The translations under genes were made by a program, and so were the position numbers. DNA of 64,000 nucleotides from Lama glama (lineage: Eukaryota): assembly GCA_028534125.1 (NCBI GenBank), contig CM052830.1:23994001-24058000 (forward strand), read 5' to 3'. Positions 35,700-49,044 of this stretch are shown piece after piece (the stretch's first letter is position 1; every line of letters starts with the position of its first letter). The notes beneath the pieces were generated by a model. That model made no database searches and was not told the origin of the DNA. It was given only the letters and a program-made list of their open reading frames with translations.

Positions 35700-38039
35700 G
35701 CCCTCAGCTCAGCCCGCCTCGTGCTTCGAGGGCTTCGTGACGGCTCCCCACCGCTTGTCGACCTCGTGGAGCTGAGAGCTCTGATCTGTAAGAGGGATAA
35801 TGTCAGTGCTAACGATACTTATTTGCTCATTAGCCAGGCTATCTGGTTTCCTAAGCTCTTTACTTTCTTAGTGATCAAAATGTATCCATTCATCCACTTT
35901 AAAAAACAAAAAATTGTATCAGACTCTGTGTTGAGGGTTCTCAAAGTTGGGTGGGACTTAAAGGTCGTCCGGTCCATCCTGCGCCTCTCAGCCCACCCCT
36001 CCCCGTTCAGGGCCGGCGTGCCCTCTTCAGGCCCCCCGCCCCAGATCCACAATGGACATGCAGCCTCCACTTGTTCACATCAGAGATGAGGAGCTGCTGC
36101 CTCCCGAGGCAGTCCCTTCACCTCCCAGCATTCTCTGTTAGAACATCTTTCCTCCAACAGACACTCCTTGGCAGACACAAGGATGTGTTCTTGGCAAACC
36201 TCTAGTGCTGTGCACACTTGCCTGTGTGGGATGGCGGCTGGCAGAGTCGGTGGGGGACAAGGAGCCCACGTGAGGTGCCACCAAACAGGAAGCACCATCT
36301 GTGCGGGATGATGGCAGTGAGAGGAAGTGCCGAGCAGCTGCCCTGGGAGGCTCCAGGGGCAGCCCTTCCCCTCATCGCACCGCACAGCTCGTGAAAAGCA
36401 GTTGTTCAGTTCATCCCGCCACTCCGGGTGGTCGCTGGGAGGGGCCAGGCCGCGCCGCCGTGACAGCAGCGCGCCCTCGGGGCCCTGGCACGATGGGAGA
36501 TTCTCCCTCGTCCTGTAAGGTACATGGCGAGCTGGGAGAGCCTTCCCCGTTCTGCACGCCATCGGGAACACAGGGCCCCCCGAGTCTCCATCTCAGCCTC
36601 TGGGGCAGAGGAGGCCGGGGAGGGGGCGGAGCCTGGGGACATGCGGTGAGCGCGGCCTGTCCCGGCACATCGCGGGCCACACCAGCAGAGAGACATGTGT
36701 CAGCTCTGCCAGGAAGGGTCTCCACCCGCTGCTGTTCACAGAGTGGCTGTCACGTGGCAGTCTGGTGGGCCCTGTCCTCAGGGGTGGCCTGGCTCTCCCG
36801 CCCACGGCAACCACATGCCATTGCAGTGAGGCCCCGCTTCGTGTGTAGAGGTCTCCGCCCCCCCCATTGCCACTGTGCCTCACCTCCCCCACTGCAGAGG
36901 CAGCTCCTGTCGCACGGCTTCTCCTCGTCCAGCTCCCTGAGACGAGTCCTGTCCTGGCTATCCAGTCCCTGGGAGAATGGGAGGGACAGATCACCGAAGA
37001 GACTGGAGGAAAGTGGGCGATTCCTGGCTTGTTGAATCAGTTCCTCGGTCCTCCTTTGAGGGGAGGAAGTTGGGTCAGCCGTGAAGTGGAAAGAAAATTG
37101 AAGAAGAGTGGAGAGGAGGAAAGAAGGAGGGACAGGAAAAGACACGGATGTGAAGTCTGTCTGCACAGCAGAGCTACGACAGGACGAAGAGGGGCGGCCT
37201 GCTGGGCGCACTGGCGTCGGGCGGCTGTGCTGGGACGCACGCTTCTAGAGAAGACTTGAGGCCTGAGATGGTGAGACAGAGAAGCGCAGGGGGCCTCGCC
37301 CTTCCTCACGTCTGAGATGTGCGTGAAGACTGACGTGTCTCCCGCTCCGTTGCTTGCTGCATTGTGCGTCTTTCAGCGGGACTTGCTGTAGAGACGGGGT
37401 CACCAGGAGCCCCGGCGCTGACTCGGGTTACATTAATTGCAAAATCAAAACTGAAGCATGGCCCTTTCCCGAAGCAGGTGAGGCACGTGCAGAAGAGTCA
37501 GGAAGGGGCTGCACCTGCTCAGAGACAGGCTGACGTGCTGTTGTGACGCGAAGATGAGGAGCGTGGGGCAGCAGCCGCGCGAGGCGCCCCCACCAGCGCC
37601 GGGTTGTGGGCACCCCGTCCCACTGGGGTCCCCGGGCCTGGACTGCGTTTCCTGGACGCACGCTGACGTGGGAGCCTGCCTCCCGCCTCCGCTCACTGTC
37701 CTCCGCTTGGGGAGGCTGCAGCCACGTGAGCTCTGCTGGCCGCCTCCCCCACTGAGTCACAGAGGCTTCCTGTCACCTGAAACCCCAGCACCCTTCACTT
37801 GTGCTGCTGACCAGGTGCCCCACATCCTGTGTGCGTCCGCTGGGCGTTCCGAGCCCAGTGTGAGCACAGGCGTCGGCGGCCTTGCGGCCGGGTGGGAGTT
37901 AATTTGGACCCAAGTTTAGTGTCAGCCCTGTTCCTGCCTCTCACCATCCCCGCACTGTCCAGCCCTCCCCTTCCCCTCATGCCCCTTGGTGACAAGGCCG
38001 TTCGGCGCTGCAGGCGACCCGAGCCCAGGCTTCAGAGTC

Positions 38040-38230
38040 AGCCCTCTGTGAGCTCCAGGTCTTAGCCTGTTCCCGGCTGCAGGACCCCGGGCGAGCCACT
38101 CACCCTCTCCTGGTCTGTAAACGGGCAATGAGACCTGCCTCTCAGATACGCTGTCGGGGGGAAATAACCTAGAAATGAGCTACGTGCCGTACTTGGAGTG
38201 GCTCCTGACTCAGGAGATTCTCAGTAAATG
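38040..38230 (+). mobile_element. MIR SINE
   Basis: gaccccgggcgagccactcaccctctc...tctgtaaacgggcaatgagacctgcctctcag...ctcagtaaatgtt. Confidence 0.65.
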
Positions 38231-39060
38231 TTCGCCTTCTCCCCACGTCCGTCGGTGGCAGTGAGGGTCCAAGTCAGGGCCGCTGAAGGTCGAGGGGGTG
38301 GGGAGAGGCCGCACTTTGGGCTGGGGGCTCAGAGAAGGCCTTTCGAAGAAAAGTGCATGGCTCAGCGCATCAGTCCACGAGTGGGCCTTGATTTGAGCCA
38401 TCAAGTTCAGCAGGTGTGAGGGGCACAGGCCTGCCCCACCCCACGTCCCTTGCTTTATTCCCTCACTGTGAGGAGGCGCCGCCCCCTCTTGGATTCAGAG
38501 ATAGGCCATGTCACTCGCTTCAGCTAAGGGATGGCGGCCAATGTGTGGTAAGCAGGCGTTTGGGAAAGCTCTTGAATGGTTAGCCCCAGCTACCCTGGTG
38601 GAGCGTGAGAAACGGGGGCCGTGGAGCAGAGTTGCCCCCGTTGTCCCAGATGAGGCCAAGATCCACCCACAGGACCCATCCCCAGACGCTTCAGGAGCTC
38701 AGCCAAGGCCAGAAGGAGCTCCCCGCTGACTCAGTAAATCAGGGAGCGAAAGGACGCTTCTTGTTTGAAGCCCCTGAGTTTGGGATGGCTTGTTCCACGG
38801 CATCATTCTGCCAACACGATCGCAAACTAGCACATGATTGGTGCCCAACGTGCGTGCGTTTCCTCCATCACCCCACCCACCCCGACCTTCAGGTGCAACG
38901 CTGGTTCTCACAGAGACGGTCGGAAGCACCCCTCACGGGCTGGCTTGATTTCAAGCCTCCATGTCGCTGTTACTCCCGCTTCAGGTTGATTGCAGACTCT
39001 GACTGCTCAATTGTGATTAAATACTAAATCATAAGCTGCTTACAAAATGCTGCAAAAAGC

Positions 39061-39202
39061 NNNNNNNNNNNNNNNNNNNNNNNNNNNNNNNNNNNNNNNN
39101 NNNNNNNNNNNNNNNNNNNNNNNNNNNNNNNNNNNNNNNNNNNNNNNNNNNNNNNNNNNNNNNNNNNNNNNNNNNNNNNNNNNNNNNNNNNNNNNNNNNN
39201 NN
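39061..39202. other. Assembly gap (142 N)
   Basis: Run of N. Confidence 1.
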
Positions 39203-40039
39203 AAGACTTGGCGAGGGTTGTCTGAAAATAGCTAGCAAGCAGCAAAGTTTCCCCTTACTGTGCTGGTGTTTTTCTGGGCCCGACTTCAATGTTTTCACAG
39301 GCTACTGCACGGAAAGGGTGCTGCAGGCCCCCGCGCTGCTGGCGGGGAAGGCCGAGAAACACCAGCAAGGATTTACAGGGGGCAGGGCTGCCAGCGTCCC
39401 GGGGAGTGCACGCTTCGCAGCCAGCGACTGCACGTTCCCGCAGGTCCACGCAGCTCAGCATCGGGCCTCCCTTAATGTGCTGAGGTGCTAGGGGAGGGAA
39501 GGCAGGGTTTTCTAACTTGATTTTCCACTTGGATCAGTTTTCACGGGGTGACTGTGAGTTAATCTCACGGGGCCAGCAGCGCTCTTAATAGAAATGGAAT
39601 CCAGCCTTAAAACCGCAGGGCAGAGCTCTGCTCACCTCTGCTGATCGAGGGCTGAGGGTGCTAAGAGAGGCTTTGGCTCAGGCTCAGACAAGCCCCCAGG
39701 TCCAGGAGAGAGCCGGGCTGTGGCTGCCCTGGTTCTCATTTCATCCTGGCCCCTCCGTGACCTCCGAAGGGCTCAGAGCAAGCGTGTGTTGATGAGGGGG
39801 GCTGGTGCACTCGCACAAGGATCGGCTCGCTGATGGAGCTCCAAAGACGGCCTGTCAGCTCCCTCAGCCACACGTCTCGCACATGAGCCGGCATCCTCCT
39901 GAGTCAGAATTGGGGGTCCCTTCCTGGGGAGCGGCAGTGTCCCATGGTTAGCAGGACTGCAGACTCCAGGCTTGGCAACCAGACCCAGCCACCCCTGCCT
40001 CCTCCTGGCTTCACGACCAAGTGCGTTCACCATGCTCTG

Positions 40040-40340
40040 TCCTCCAGCTGGGAAACACGTCCGCCTTGCAGGGTCACTGAGGGGTGACAGGGACAGAATG
40101 TGACAGAGACCAACTCCTAAACAGATCGCTGCAATGGCTGATGAGTGCAATGATTAAGATATGCCCAGGGCCCTTCAGGATACCTGACGCTGTCTGTGAA
40201 GGTCGGAGCATGCAGGGAAGGCTTCCTGGAGGAAGTGAGGCTGGAGCTGTGTCTTGAAGGTTGACTAGGAGCCAACCAGCAGGGCAGGATGGGGAAGAGC
40301 ATTCCAGAAAGAGACGGCCACGTGAGCAAACTGTTGCCAA
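40040..40340 (-). mobile_element. LINE-2 fragment
   Basis: cagggaaggcttcctggaggaagtgaggctggagctgtgtcttgaagg...gggaagagcattccagaaagag. Confidence 0.75.
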
Positions 40341-41624
40341 GCAGCTTCTGTCTGAACCCTTCTGGTGACTCGCTGCCAAAAAGCCCTGTCCAGCTAGGAC
40401 AGCTTGGGCTATCAGGACATCCTTTCTTCAGAGAGGCTCTCTGTGGCCTCCAGCCGTTGGCCCGTTTCTCCTACAAGGACTAAGCCGAAGGCAGCGTGTC
40501 TTCCCTTCTCCAGCTAATCGGCTCCAGCCCCGCCAGGCACCGCAGGTGCACCGGGGGTGGGGCGTGCGCCAGGCTGGCTCCATTCTTGGCCTGCAGCGCG
40601 GCCCAGCATCCCAGGAGAACAGGGCTCAGAGCCCTGAAGATGCCCAAAGAACCCATCTGAAATATAAGCGCCCTTGGGGTTGGGGCCGAACTTTAGAGCA
40701 GAGGGCCCAGCTCAGGGCAGAGGGTCTGTCTCAGCTCTGCCTCCAGGGGCCTGACAGCTGCAGCCTGAAGCCCTGACCGGCGAACAGTCTGTGGCCTCTT
40801 TGAGTCAACAGCCTAGAGGAAGAGAGGCAGTGAGGGAGGGGGCTCACCCTGACCTTGAGGGTCCGGCTCCCAGCTCAGCCGGGGGTAGCCCCGGGCGGCC
40901 TGCCTCGGTGAGCACCGGGTGTGGAGTCAACATGGGGCAAGGACTTCGAGGCGGCCCCGGCCCACGGGAAGACCTTCCAGGGCTGGACGAGGCAAACTCG
41001 TGACTTCAAGGGCCCCCGGGACGACCCCTGCCACCAAGAGCTGTCCCCTCCCACAGCACAAATAGCCAGCGTCCCCTGCAGAGCCGCTCTTGCCTGAGAG
41101 CCCCCCTGCGAACACTGGGGCCGGCGGTGCCCGGTGAGCGCTTGGCCCCTGTGCCCGGTGACTTGGCGTAAAGGCCCCGAGAAGGGCGCCTCACAGGGCA
41201 CTGTCTGTGTGTTTGTTAACTGTTACTCCAGAGAGTTTCCAGGAGTGGAGGAAAAGACTGCAGGGTGTGATAGCGCAGAGGGACCATGATTTGCCTGCTC
41301 CTCGTACAGAAAAGAAAAAAACCACAGTGAACTGTAGCTGCAGGAGAAACCACGCTTGTCCTCCCTTGAGTGATTCACGCCTTTAACTGATAGAATCAGC
41401 TGCCTCTTTGCTTCCCCTGAGAGTCACCTGTTGTCCCGGAAAGCATGAAATGAAAGAGCACTGCTTGGTGCCAGGCGACGTCCGTTCCAATCCCGCACAG
41501 GGCCCTCTGGCTCTGCCCCTTCCGGGCCACGTCCCCCGCCGTGTGAAGGGACGGCTGGTGGGTGCGATCTCAGTGCTGTTAAACACGTACTGCCACCCAC
41601 CCCCCGAATCCCTCAGTAACGCTT

Positions 41625-41716
41625 CCTAATTAATCACCCTGTGTACTGCATTTTAAATTAATTAAATTAAAAGTAATTAAATCCAGGAAATTGAAATTAG
41701 TCTAATTAGATTAGAG
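41625..41716. promoter_or_regulatory. Candidate enhancer core: homeodomain-site cluster
   Basis: Four TAATTA palindromes and two TAAT-NNN-ATTA (P3) sites within about 90 bp. Function is inferred only. Confidence 0.5.
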
Positions 41717-44700
41717 GCACACCCAGCGACTGTGGCGAGGGGCGCCATGTAAGTCGGTCAGTTTCAGTGCAGAAACGAGAAACTCGGATCACAGGCAGGT
41801 GGTTAAGAGGGAGAGGCAAGTCCTACACGGACGGGTGGAGGCCGATGTGCTCACGGTACCAGCAGCCGGTGCTGCCTTCATGAGGGCTTCCCTGGCCCGA
41901 GCCTGCCCAGTCGGACCCCAGAGACCCCCTGAGGTAGGGCTGCGGCTCTGCCTGCCTGGTGGGGGGAGGCAGGCTGTGCTGTGCGGCAGATCGCGGTGGA
42001 AACCCACGTGGTCATCCCGCCTGCCTCCAGACCACCCCCCAGACGCCCAGCAGAGTGCAGACGCGCCGGTGGCCAGGGCCTCGGCTGGTCACGGGAGCCC
42101 ACGTGGGTGCCCGTCTTTGAAGATGCCAATGAGACCGTCTCGGGAGCAGGAGACGTGTGCCTCGTCCCTTTCAGCTCCTCACTGACAATTAGCCTGACCT
42201 TCTCCTCCGAAATTATGCCAGCAGCAACTTCTACCGCTGCTTTGCTGAGCTGGCTCCACTGCCGGGGGGGAGCAAGTCCTGAAGACGAGTAAAGGCAGTT
42301 GTTTCCTTGCCACCATCAAAGGCAGGACTGGCTGCTGCGTGGTGATTTTCAAGGCAATTCAAAATTAACTTCAAATTACCACGAGCTGACTCCCTCCCCA
42401 CCTTGCTCTCAAGCCCTCTCTCCCGGCTCTGCCTGTAGCCCGACTTTGTTCACAGAGCAGAACTGCTCCCAGCCTCGCCGCGCTCCGCTTTGAAGCCAGC
42501 CCATGTTTTCCCACTTCACCCCTCCATCCCTCTGGGCGGTGGTCCCCCCTCCCCCAAACGAGTCCGGGAGGCTCAAACAGCAAGCGTTTGCCTTTTCTAA
42601 GAAGAGGCTCCAAGGTGCCATGTGCTTCCAGCCAGAAAAGCGCCTCTGGGGCGTGCTTGCTAGAGGCGGCATACACAAGCCAGGCGGGGTGGCCTCTGGG
42701 GTGCAGCACGCCGTCCCCGAGGGCTCCCCAGGCAGGGAACGAAGTGACGGGGAGAGGAGACAGAGCAGCAGGACGGTGCTGGGGAGACAGGTTCCACGGC
42801 CCGTTATTTCAGCCATGCGTGCACGCGAGGAGCCCACGGTTCTTTTGGAATAGGTTCCAAGGCCACTTCCTACGGGAAGTCTCCTCGCACGGCCTCTGCC
42901 CACAGCGCACACTCACTCCCCTTCCTGGGAGTTTAGCCTCCCTGCCTGCCCAGCCCCGCGTTTCCAGGTGCCCAGCCTGCTGCCCATTTGACAGGTGCCC
43001 TGTGTCTGGGAACCCAGCACAGCCTGAAGCAGCGTGAGGTCCCCCTTGTCCCCTGCCCCGCCCCCCTCCTAGGAGTACGGCCAGAGGGACTGTGTCACTC
43101 TCCGGGGGCCCCGGAGCCTGGCCCAAGCCCTTGGATGTCTCAGTCCCAGTCAGAACCCAGCAACTGCTTATAACTGGGTGATGGTTTCCTTCAAAGGCTG
43201 CCAGAGCCTGCTTCCTTCCCTTTAATGACTGAAGGGAACACGCGTGGTAAGCATGTTTCCAACCCCATCTCTGTTGCTGCCTGCCCTCCGCCTGTAGACC
43301 GAGTAACCAAGGTTCCCTCCGGCACGGCCCCGAAGGGCTGGGCGGCTTCCGGGGCGACTGGAAGTCCAGTGGTGAAGGGGCTGCTCGCTCCCACTTGCTG
43401 GCTGGCTCCCTTGGAGGAGCCGGGTACGTCCCGCCCTCCTGAGCTCCTCCTACTCGGGGCTCAGGTCCTCTGGGCTGTGGCCGGGCCCTGGGACCCTGAA
43501 GACAGGCCACGTGAGAGCTCCCTTCAGAGGAGACGCCCACCCCCTAGCGGGTGAAAGCGGGGCGTCTCCTTGTGCTGCGCGCAGGGAGCCTTGGTCGGTG
43601 CGAGCAGCCCCCAGCCTGCAAGAGGCGGGCCTGGCCCTTCCCACCAGGCTGGGCCGAGGTTGCCAGTGAGAATTCCGCTAGGGCGGCCAGGGGAGGCCTC
43701 GCTGCGGAGGGGGCATCTGGGCTGAGGCTTGAATGATAAGACCACGCCCTGGCAGCTTCCAGGACGGTGGTTCCAGGCAACGGGAGCAGCTAGTGCAAAG
43801 GCCCCGGGGCAGGAGCCAGCGGCCGGGTTCAAGGAGCCAAGGGAAGGCCCTGCAGCCAGAATACGGAGGCCCCAGAGCATCAGAGGGAAGAACGGGATGG
43901 GGAGGGGAGCCAGGCCAGCCCTGTGGGCCCCTGCATCCAGGGATGAAGAGTCTAGACTTCAAGTTCAACAACAGGCGGTTGAAGAGCTTGAGGGGGAGGG
44001 ACATTTTGAGGTCATTCTGGCTGCGTTTGACCTGGGAAGACCTGACGGCTTGGGCCAGAGGGCTGGGAAAGGAGGGGAGCCAAAGGATTCTGGAGGCGCG
44101 TCAGAAGTGCCGCCGATGAGCCCCCGGGTGATGGGGGGGCCGTGCGGAGGGGCCAAAGGCGGGGACCAAGGACAGTTTTGTCTTGAGCAGTAGGGTTGCG
44201 TTTGCTGGGGTGCAGAAGGCCCAGGGGGCTTACAGGCAAGGCTCCTCGCTTGGCGGAGGCGCACAGCGGGCCGGCTGCCGCCCCCCGTCACTGCCGTGGC
44301 GGTGCCGGCTGCTCTGCCCAGGTCCCCTCCTCAGAGCCGATGTGCTGGTCCTCCAGCCGACCCGAGGCTCATGCCGTCCCTCCTCCAAACCTGCCTCGGA
44401 CCACGGCAAGCTGCCCGCCCACCACAGCCACGGCCGACAGCTGGCTGCCGTGCGGATACACCCCAGCCCTGCCACCTCAAGCCAAGGCCACTCCGAGCGG
44501 CCGCCTCGGCCCAGAGACTCCGTGGGCCGGGCGGGGGCCCCAGCGCGGACGCACCGCCGGCCAGCCTCTCCCTGCCCGTCGGCCGCCTCGCGCATGTGCC
44601 TCCTGTGAGCTTCCTCCCCAGCTCGTCCGCACAACCTGTCCCGGGGTCTGTTTCCAGGAAACCTCCTCTGAGACGGCGATTACTACCACCATCATCAGTG

Positions 44701-45118
44701 TTACTTGATCGTCTCTAGGATCCCATCCAACCTTCACAAGTCTGTGAAGACTTCTGAAGTGGCCTCTCAGACATGCCTAACCCCTCCTGCCTGAGACCCC
44801 GGCTCCAACCTGGGTCACCTCCAACGCGCCGTCCCTGAGAAAGTGCTCATGTCTCCTACGGCTTTGTCTGGAGAAGCGTGCTGGTGATAATTTAGACCCT
44901 GGCATCCACGCTGAGAAGGGGCAGGTACCCAGGGAGCTGAACGACGCACCAGGGACTGCAGAGGCCGCTTGATGAACACCCCGACAGCCCGGTCCCCAGG
45001 GCGGGTGGAGCCATGAGGACCAAGAGCTCCTTCTGTGTTCCGGGCAAGCCGTCTCCACGCGCACTTCTGCAGCCACACAGACACGGTGTGGAACTGTGAC
45101 CTCCTCTGAGCACGTGAC

Positions 45119-45138
45119 TGTGTGTGTGTGTGTGTGTG
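45119..45138. repeat. (TG)10 microsatellite
   Basis: Read directly from the sequence. Confidence 0.95.
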
Positions 45139-46659
45139 TTGCCCGGAAGCGGCAGAATGTGCCGTCTGTGGTCGCTGGACAGACGCAGGGCCGCCAGACG
45201 TGACTCACAGGTCATGCCCGGTACCAGGGCACCTGGCTGGGAGGACAGCGGGGGCTAGGGCCCAACCCCTTAATTTTTGGCCCCCCTGGGCGCCCTTGCA
45301 GAGGGGCCTCTTCCTAGAAGCGCCCCTCCCTAGTTCTGCTCGCCGAGCCTCTCGAGCCCGGACGCAGGGCCAGTTCCGCCCAGAGCCACTGGTTTTTTCT
45401 AATTTGCACAAAGACTCCAAATGAACAGAAACAAGGAGCCCTGGTCATTTCACTCTTGTCTCTCAGCTCCAGATCCATCCTTCTCTTCACGACTGGGTGG
45501 TGCTGGGGAAGGAACTCCACAAACCACCCTCCCCTCTGCTCCCTGCTGGGCTCCCTCCCGCCGGCACGGAGCCCGCGGGAGGCAGGAGGAGAGACGAGGG
45601 CTCCGTCTGGCCCGTTTGCTTCCTACTCCTGGCAGCGTCCCCGCCGCACACTTGCACCCTGCATCCGTGTCACGCTCTCAGAACCAGGCAGAGCACCCGC
45701 TCAGACACATGGGCACCGGTCAGCCGGCGCCCCTCGCTCTACAGTCTCTTCTCCAAGCTTCCGGGCTCTGACAAACCCAGCCTCTCTTCGTTCCCCCACC
45801 CACCCTGCTTTTTCACAGTTACTGTCTCTGGGCGCCCCCAGGGACCACTTCCTGTGCTTCCAGTCCTCCGGCAGGTTTTGATCAACGCCCTACATTAAAA
45901 TCTGTCTGTGAAAATAACTGTTTCCCGCTTGACCGTTGTGCGTGCTGTAGGTGGCGTAACTTCCCCCCCTCCGAGCTTCTCACGGGCACAGCTCCCCATC
46001 CGGTTGTGGGCATTCACTTATTCATTCAGCAAACTCGTGTGTCCCGTAATCCCTACACAGCGTGCACGTGGCAAAGGACTTCGGGTTCCATGTCTATGCA
46101 GGGGCACCGTCCGCACCTTTGGGGGTGTGTATGGCACCTAACTGGGAGAACGTGCAAAAACGCGGGTGCCTGGGATTCACCCTGGGAATCGGAGATGTGA
46201 AGTGGGGAAGAGTGGTTTCCACAGGGCCTGCTGAGTTTTTTAGAAACAAGCCATGTATTACGCTTGTATTTTGAAAACCTGATTAATGCTCACGGATTCA
46301 GTGCCATCTGAGTGCCAGGCAGAGGGGTCGCCCTGCAGATACACAGATGTCTTGCCCTCCCTGCTCAGCCCAGGCTGACACCACGTGCCAGCAGGGCCCC
46401 GTCCCTGGGTGTCCCTTTCCTTAATCTACAGATTCAGAGGAGCCTTCTTGGCAGATTAGCGGCTGACGGGAGAACCCCAGCCGCGGCAGCAGCCCTCAGA
46501 CGGCGCGACTAGATGAGACTCAAAGAGTGGTGTACAGAGACACTAATGTGCGGCGTGTCCTGCCCAACGTCGTGTGCGTGGAGTAGACGGCTAGAAGCAA
46601 GGAGCGTTCCGACAGGAAGGGACGGGACAGCTGGCAGGGGACACCTGAGCTGCACCCCT

Positions 46660-47260
46660 GCATGCAACCGGAAGCCTCCTCATGCTGTGACCCCACCGAG
46701 GGAGCAGAGCTGACCTCAACCCCTGCCCTCGGGGTGGGGCTGGTTGTTCCAGACCAATCCTAAGGCGGGTGGCCCTAAGCCCCCGCCCTGGGGATCGGTT
46801 TGGGTGACTTAGACGTGAGCCAGTCAGCTGGAAGTCCTGGGCTTCTGTTTGACGACTGTTAGAAGTGGTGCCCTCTTTCCGAGCGTGATGGTCAAAATTT
46901 TGAATAACTTCTCCAAGTCAGACTCTGACCCACTGGAACCAAAGTAGACTCAGTCCAGATAAACTCGGATCCAAGCAACTGGTTTGGTGACCGTGCTCAG
47001 TGCCTTCGATGCCCCTGCCCCTCTCCCTGGCTGTGAAGCATGTGACGGCAGTTGCTGCTGGCAACCCTTTTGTGACCATGAGGCAAGCCACCCTGAGGAG
47101 TAAAAGGATACACAGAGGAGGGCTGGACGAAGAGCCCTGGTCAGACCGTGCCAAGCTCTGCGCCCCCTTCATCGCTTGGTCCTACTTGTGTGAGGTCTTG
47201 AGACCGTGTGAGGGATGGCTTTTCTGTTTGTTTGGCTGGTTGCTTGGTTTTCGCATCCTC
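46660..47260 (+). mobile_element. Degenerate ERVL/MaLR-type LTR (LTR16/MLT1-like)
   Basis: agaccaatc...ggggatcggtttggg...gttgctgctggcaacccttttgtgaccatgagg resembles the LTR16/MLT1 motif gcagccatcttgtgaccatgagg. Confidence 0.45.
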
Positions 47261-48776
47261 TCGTCTGTCTCCTCACTTTCACACGTGATTAAGCTGAGGC
47301 CCAGAGAAGGGAAGGGCCTCGTCCAAACTCTTACAACACCAGGACCTCAGTCTTTTGTCCATCAGACCAGTGTGCTTCTAATAGACCATGAAACTTCTCA
47401 TACCCCACCATCGGCAGCAGCAGGGACTCAGCAAATGTTTGTTGAATGAATGAATTACTGACTGTGAATGGGATCAGAGGGAAGTGCTGGCAGCGTCTCG
47501 GGATAAGGGCTTGGAGGGGGGGAGGGAGGAGGGGATGGGAAGACGGGCGGGACAATGAAAAGGAACACCCACGCATTTATTCTGTTTCAGTCCACGGACA
47601 CATTTCAGCACAAAAGGCTTTACTGAACTCCAGGCTCTCTGCGGATAAACCTCACTTGTCACTATGTCCAGAAACAATAAATACCCAAAGCGCAGAAAGC
47701 TTTTTGAAGTTTATTATAAAACTAACTGAGAGGGCTCTGCAGAGATCTTGAGTGCCAAATCCAGTCAGGGACTGTGGCTGGGGGGAGGCGGGTTTCGGCG
47801 TCTCGGAACTGCAGCCTGATTCTCCGCAGAACAAGAGGATTTGAAAGGCTGTCACAGGACAGTCAGAAAGCACAGCCATTCCAGCCTCTGAACTCACATC
47901 TGCTTAAGAGGCGCAAGGCCTGTGCCTGGTGGCGGAGGGGGCAGGGTGGACGGTCAGGCGGCCCGGGGCCAAGGCTGCCCACCCCGTGGCCTTGTGGTAT
48001 CAGGCAACTGCTTCCTCGAGCTTCCGCAGGGACCCTCAGAGGCGGACGAGAGGTGACTGTCAGCCGGACGGACGGGGAAGCCACTGGCTCTGCTGTCTGC
48101 CTCCCGCAGGTCCGTGGCCGTCAGGGAGCAGAGAGAGAGGCACCCACTTGCATTTTCCTCCTAAACAAGGCTGTCGGTGCTCTGGCGCTGCCCCCACCCT
48201 TCCCCACAGCAGGGGCATCAGTGGTGCTGCCAGCGTCACCCACCGCTTTAGCTTCTGACTGTGCAGCAGGTGGAACAGCGCCTTCCTGCCCTGTTACTTT
48301 CACTTCCCTGCTCTCTGGCCCGGCAGAGCGTCTTCTCCACACATGCATGTTGGTCAGCCATTCGCCAGTTGCTCTCCCGGGACCCAGCCCCTTGGCTTCC
48401 CCACGGATCTGTAGCCCCTCCAGGCGGACCTGTCCAGCTGGAGTAAAGTAGAATTCTCCCCTCCACCGTTCTGCACTCTGCTTCTCTTCATCCAGCCTCA
48501 TGATTGGATGACCCAGCAGAGGGGATGCAGAGAGATGGGGAGCTGCGACCTCATGCAGGCACCGTGCACAGTGAGCTCAGATTTGAGAGCCTCAGAGAAG
48601 GTGCTCACAGACTCTCCTCTGAGCCAGAGGGTGCACAGAGGCATAAACTCTCGGCACCCACACGGAGGTCAGCCAGGTCCACTCAGGTCAGACCTGTGAG
48701 CAGGGCCAGGACGAGGGGGGGCAAGGGAGGCACACAGGGTGCAAGGTTTCAGGAGGCGCTCCCTCTCTGGGACCTT

Positions 48777-48808
48777 CCTGCACCTGCACCTGCACCTGCA
48801 CCTGCACC
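48777..48808. repeat. (CACCTG)n hexanucleotide repeat, four perfect units plus partials
   Basis: cctg-cacctg-cacctg-cacctg-cacctg-cacc. Confidence 0.95.
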
Positions 48809-49044
48809 GCCCTGGGGAGAACACGTCCCGAAATTCTGCACTGGGCGCCTTTGTTTGCCTCGCCTAGTCCCGCCCAGCCGGAGACAGGGATGGGGGCCCA
48901 GCAGAAAGGACAGTCCCTCTGTCTAGGAGCGTCTGCGTGAGAAGGAAGTGCTGGCTGGGGCAGGAGCCCCCAGGCCCGCCTTTGTGGCTCTCTACCCAGT
49001 GTGTCTGCCCAGTCGTTCTCACTGAGCCTTCTCACTCTTCCTGA

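Noticed and set aside
39024-39298. ORFs spanning the N run
   Set aside because: Artefacts of the assembly gap.
43536-43556. CTCF-like motifs here and at about 32868 and 59378
   Set aside because: Each deviates at a core position, and such near-matches are common at this GC content. They need PWM or ChIP support.
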